Source of the DNA: a bacterium
GTDB taxonomy: Bacteria; SZUA-182; DTGQ01; JAFGSM01
Direction: 5' to 3'
DNA length: 32,162 nt
NCBI GenBank assembly: GCA_016934595.1
Contig: JAFGSM010000188.1
Location: 1-32,162 of the forward strand
This document shows, piece by piece, positions 29,332-32,162 of this stretch (within the stretch, counting starts at the first letter, position 1; the number at the start of each line of letters is the position of its first letter). Below the pieces are notes generated by a model. The model saw only the letters and a program-made list of their open reading frames with translations. It was not told the DNA's origin and did not search any database. Both the position numbers and the translations under genes were made by a program.

Positions 29332-30786
29332 TCAAGGCTGCAGGGTGACCGGATATATGTAAGGCCCCCTTTGTACCATAAGCAGCAGGCTTTCCTGCTG
29401 GGCCGCCGCTAAGATCGCCTTCTTGAAGGTTTCTTCCTCTTCAATGACCTGATTATTTACCTGACGGATAATATCCCCCGGCCTGATGCCTGCCCGGTCG
29501 GCTGCCTTCATTCTGACTACCTCTGTGACTATTATCCCTCTTTTGTCCTTTATACCGTATTTCAGAAAGTCATTCTGGGTTATCTTTCTGTATCTTATCC
29601 CCAGCCAGTTAAAGGCCAGGCTTTCCGCAAGCTCGATAGGGATGTCCGATGCCGTCACCTCTATATTTATTTTTTTGTCATCCCTGATAATGCTGAAAGT
29701 TATCCTGTCCCCTGATGTGTATCCTGAAATGATCGAGATATAATCCTCCCATGTTGATATTGCCTGACCGCCCATATTTATGATAATATCCCCTTGTTTT
29801 ATGCCGGATTTTTCAGCAGGGCTTCCTTCCATGACCTTTGTCACAATCACCCCTTCCTTGATGGAAAGGTCGAAGTGTTTTAGAAGGTTTTGATCCAGTT
29901 CCTGGACATAAATCCCTGTCCATGCCTTGCGCACCTCTCCGTAATGGATCAGGTCTTTTATGATCCTTTTTGCCCTGTTTATGGGTATGGCAAAACCGAT
30001 CCCTTCGGCCTCCTGATAAATGGCGGTATTTATCCCTATCAGTTCTCCCAATATGTTCAGGAGCGGCCCCCCGCTGTTTCCAGGATTTATTGACGCATCC
30101 GTTTGGATAAAGTCTTTATATATCCGGTCTTCCTTGACCTTTACAGATCTGTTCAGTGCGCTTATGACACCTGTAGTCACTGTGTGGGAGAGACCGAATG
30201 GGTTTCCGATGGCTATAACGGTCTCACCGATCATAAGGTCATCCGATTTGCCCATTGTGACATGTGGGAGAGGTTCTTTGTCATCTATCTTGATTATGGC
30301 AAGATCGGATTTAGTATCCGCTCCGATCAGCTTGGCCTCAAATTCCCGTTTGTCGGCCAAAGTGACAATGATCTGTGATGTTTTAAGTATGACATGTTCG
30401 TTGGTGAGTATGTACCCCTCGGGGTTGATGATGACCCCGGAGCCGAGGCTTTGCTGCTTATAGCTTCTTTGAGGGAAGGCATTGAAGAAATCCCTGAAGA
30501 ATTGATCAAAAAAAGGATCCCCAAAGGGATTGATTCTTTCCTTCATTATCCTCTCAGTACTTATATTTACAACTGCCGGTCCTACCTTTTTTACTGCAAG
30601 CACAACTGGGGTTTCCCTGTTTGGGTAGTTTTCAGCGCCTGCATCTGCTGCATGGGATAAAGATAAACCTATAAGTGGAATAAGAATAAAGGCTAATATG
30701 CAGAGGAATAGCCGGTAACGACTTAAACTGATGCTTCTATGAGAAAAGATTGAATACCCCCTTTCTTGCGCCCTTTTTTTTCTCAA
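29332..30786 (-). CDS. htrA: Periplasmic serine endoprotease DegP/HtrA (trypsin domain plus two PDZ domains)
   Basis: 484 aa. Signal peptide, catalytic motifs [15 protein letters not shown], and two PDZ-like repeats. The 5' end overlaps dnaJ by about 50 nt as called, so the true start may be downstream or non-ATG. Confidence 0.85.
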   Translation of the reverse strand: MRKKRAQERGYSIFSHRSISLSRYRLFLCILAFILIPLIGLSLSHAADAGAENYPNRETPVVLAVKKVGPAVVNISTERIMKERINPFGDPFFDQFFRDFFNAFPQRSYKQQSLGSGVIINPEGYILTNEHVILKTSQIIVTLADKREFEAKLIGADTKSDLAIIKIDDKEPLPHVTMGKSDDLMIGETVIAIGNPFGLSHTVTTGVISALNRSVKVKEDRIYKDFIQTDASINPGNSGGPLLNILGELIGINTAIYQEAEGIGFAIPINRAKRIIKDLIHYGEVRKAWTGIYVQELDQNLLKHFDLSIKEGVIVTKVMEGSPAEKSGIKQGDIIINMGGQAISTWEDYISIISGYTSGDRITFSIIRDDKKINIEVTASDIPIELAESLAFNWLGIRYRKITQNDFLKYGIKDKRGIIVTEVVRMKAADRAGIRPGDIIRQVNNQVIEEEETFKKAILAAAQQESLLLMVQRGPYIYPVTLQP

Positions 30787-31843
30787 TATCCTGAAATTCT
30801 CTTAACAGCTCTTCCTGCCTTTTGTTCAGATTTGTAGGTATCTTAACTATTATGCGCACTATCTGATCACCCTGTCCGAATCCCTTTAACCTTGGAAATC
30901 CGGCCCTTTTTATCTTAACGGTATCGCCTGTCTGCGATCCCTTGGGCAGGGAAATGAGCTGATTCCCATTCAGGGTAGGCACCTCTATTTCATCGCCAAG
31001 CGCTGCCTGAACCATTGAGACCGGAACATCGCAGATTACGTCATCCCCTTCGCGTTTAAAATAATCATCTTCCCTGACAATGATTAGCACATAAAGATCT
31101 CCGGGCGGTCCGCCCAATGTGCCTTTTTCGCCTTCGCCAGTTATCCTGAGCCGGCACCCTGTGCTTACGCCAGGAGGGATTTTGATGCCTAATTTTTGTT
31201 TAACGACCACAGTCTTTTGTCCTCTACATTCCGGGCAGACATGTTCGATGATCTTGCCTCTTCCCCTGCAATGAGGGCATGTTGTTTGAATTCTTATAAA
31301 TCCCTGGGAATGGGCAATTTGACCATTCCCTTTACAATAGGGGCATAAAATAGGAGATGTGCCTGGCTTTGTCCCTTCGCCATTGCATGCGGGGCAGGGC
31401 TCATGTCTTGGGATTTCAATGGTTGTCTTTATGCCTGTAGCCGCCTGTCTAAAATCTATAGGGAGACGGTATTCAAGGTCCGATCCCCTGCGTGGCCTTT
31501 CATGTCTTGTTGCGCCGCCCATGCCAAAACCGAACAGGTCATGGAAAATATCGGTGAAACCCCCGAAGATATTGGAATCAAACAGATCATCAAAACTGAA
31601 GCCAGTAAATCCTGAGTTCTGTAAACCCGCATGTCCGAATCTGTCGTATAATTCCCTTTTATGAGGATCAGTCAAAACCTCGTAGGCTTCGGATGCTTCC
31701 TTGAATTTTTCCTCAGCATCTTTATCGCCCTGGTTGCGGTCTGGATGGTATTTAAGAGCCATCTTGCGATACGCCTTCTTTATCTCTTCTGGCGTGGCTT
31801 CTCTGGAAATATTCAATATATCGTAATAATCTCTTTTTGTCAT
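30737..31843 (-). CDS. dnaJ: Molecular chaperone DnaJ (J domain, G/F region, four CxxCxGxG zinc-finger repeats, C-terminal domain)
   Basis: 368 aa. J domain with HPD, G/F-rich linker, CPACNGEG / CPYCKGNG / CPHCRGRG / CPECRGQK. No dnaK or grpE adjacent. Confidence 0.95.
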   Translation of the reverse strand: MTKRDYYDILNISREATPEEIKKAYRKMALKYHPDRNQGDKDAEEKFKEASEAYEVLTDPHKRELYDRFGHAGLQNSGFTGFSFDDLFDSNIFGGFTDIFHDLFGFGMGGATRHERPRRGSDLEYRLPIDFRQAATGIKTTIEIPRHEPCPACNGEGTKPGTSPILCPYCKGNGQIAHSQGFIRIQTTCPHCRGRGKIIEHVCPECRGQKTVVVKQKLGIKIPPGVSTGCRLRITGEGEKGTLGGPPGDLYVLIIVREDDYFKREGDDVICDVPVSMVQAALGDEIEVPTLNGNQLISLPKGSQTGDTVKIKRAGFPRLKGFGQGDQIVRIIVKIPTNLNKRQEELLREFQDIEKKKGARKGVFNLFS

Positions 31844-31875
31844 TTAGGGATGCCTGTTTCCTTTCCTGTTTGATT

Positions 31876-31980
31876 CTATAGATTTTCAGATAAATAATTG
31901 CAATAATCTTCTTGTATTAATCAGATATTACAAAAGGTTAGGGAGCAAAGATTGTGTAATTTAATTTCTGAAAATCTATA
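31876..31980. mobile_element. MITE-like small repeat element, family B, copy 2
   Basis: About 90% identical to 170-276 and carries the same TIRs (ctatagattttcaga ... tctgaaaatctata). Immediately upstream of the dnaJ start. Confidence 0.55.
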
Positions 31981-32075
31981 TACTCTAAACGGCCATAGAT
32001 TGCGCCTTTGGTATATAGTCTCATTCATCCTTCTCAAGATGATGAGTAAATATTAAAAAATTAAAATTTCAATTA

Positions 32076-32162
32076 TGATGGCATCGTAAAAAGTCTAAAA
32101 TGTCCTTAAAAATAAGTTTGATATTATAAATTTGATGTCTATTTTGGCGATATAATCCTGGT
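32076..32162. mobile_element. MITE-like small repeat element, family A, copy truncated by the window end
   Basis: Left TIR tgatggcatcgtaaaaagt plus about 70 bp of internal sequence, about 85% identical to 12576-12660. Confidence 0.5.

Noticed and set aside
29332-30786. Apparent 50-nt overlap of htrA 5' end with dnaJ 3' end
   Set aside because: Most likely an over-extended ORF call. The real htrA start is probably a downstream or non-ATG codon just before the signal peptide. Not a biological anomaly.

Overview
This 32-kb window is mostly a conserved Gram-negative (diderm) housekeeping backbone on two strands. On the plus strand: lysS, lolC/E, lolD, clpC, bamA, skp, lpxD, then a complete F1Fo ATP synthase operon atpB-E-F-H-A-G-D-C. 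On the minus strand: glnS, myo-inositol-1-phosphate synthase, a TPM-domain protein, a nucleotidyltransferase, tatD, moaC, htrA/degP and dnaJ. An approximately 6-kb, all-minus-strand accessory cassette at about 10.9-17.0 kb breaks this backbone between lpxD and atpB. The canonical lpxD-fabZ-lpxA continuation is absent. The cassette encodes: (i) an M50 site-2-protease-family membrane metalloprotease (HELGH motif) with an N-terminal PqqD/RRE-like domain; (ii) a 650-aa fusion of a membrane-anchored stomatin/SPFH (band-7) domain to a radical SAM enzyme with a full 7-Cys SPASM domain; (iii) a second small radical SAM enzyme with a twitch-like C-terminal Cys cluster; and (iv) an AT-rich AAA+ ATPase of the DUF4143 type. 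I found no precursor-peptide ORF. The cassette is bounded by an imperfect direct repeat (ctggattccg...gaatgacaaa). It carries a MITE-like element with 19-bp terminal inverted repeats between two of its genes. A 60-bp duplicated fragment of the small radical SAM gene's 3' end sits next to lpxD. This cassette is my candidate for the undescribed system: membrane-microdomain-localised radical-SAM peptide maturation or processing, or another membrane function. Two families of small non-coding MITE-like repeats also occur near both window ends. A consensus sigma70-like promoter followed by tandem 14-nt and 6-nt repeats with no ORF lies upstream of lysS and may be an sRNA or an operator array. The window may derive from a Desulfobacterota- or Nitrospirota-like bacterium, but I cannot determine taxonomy from sequence alone.
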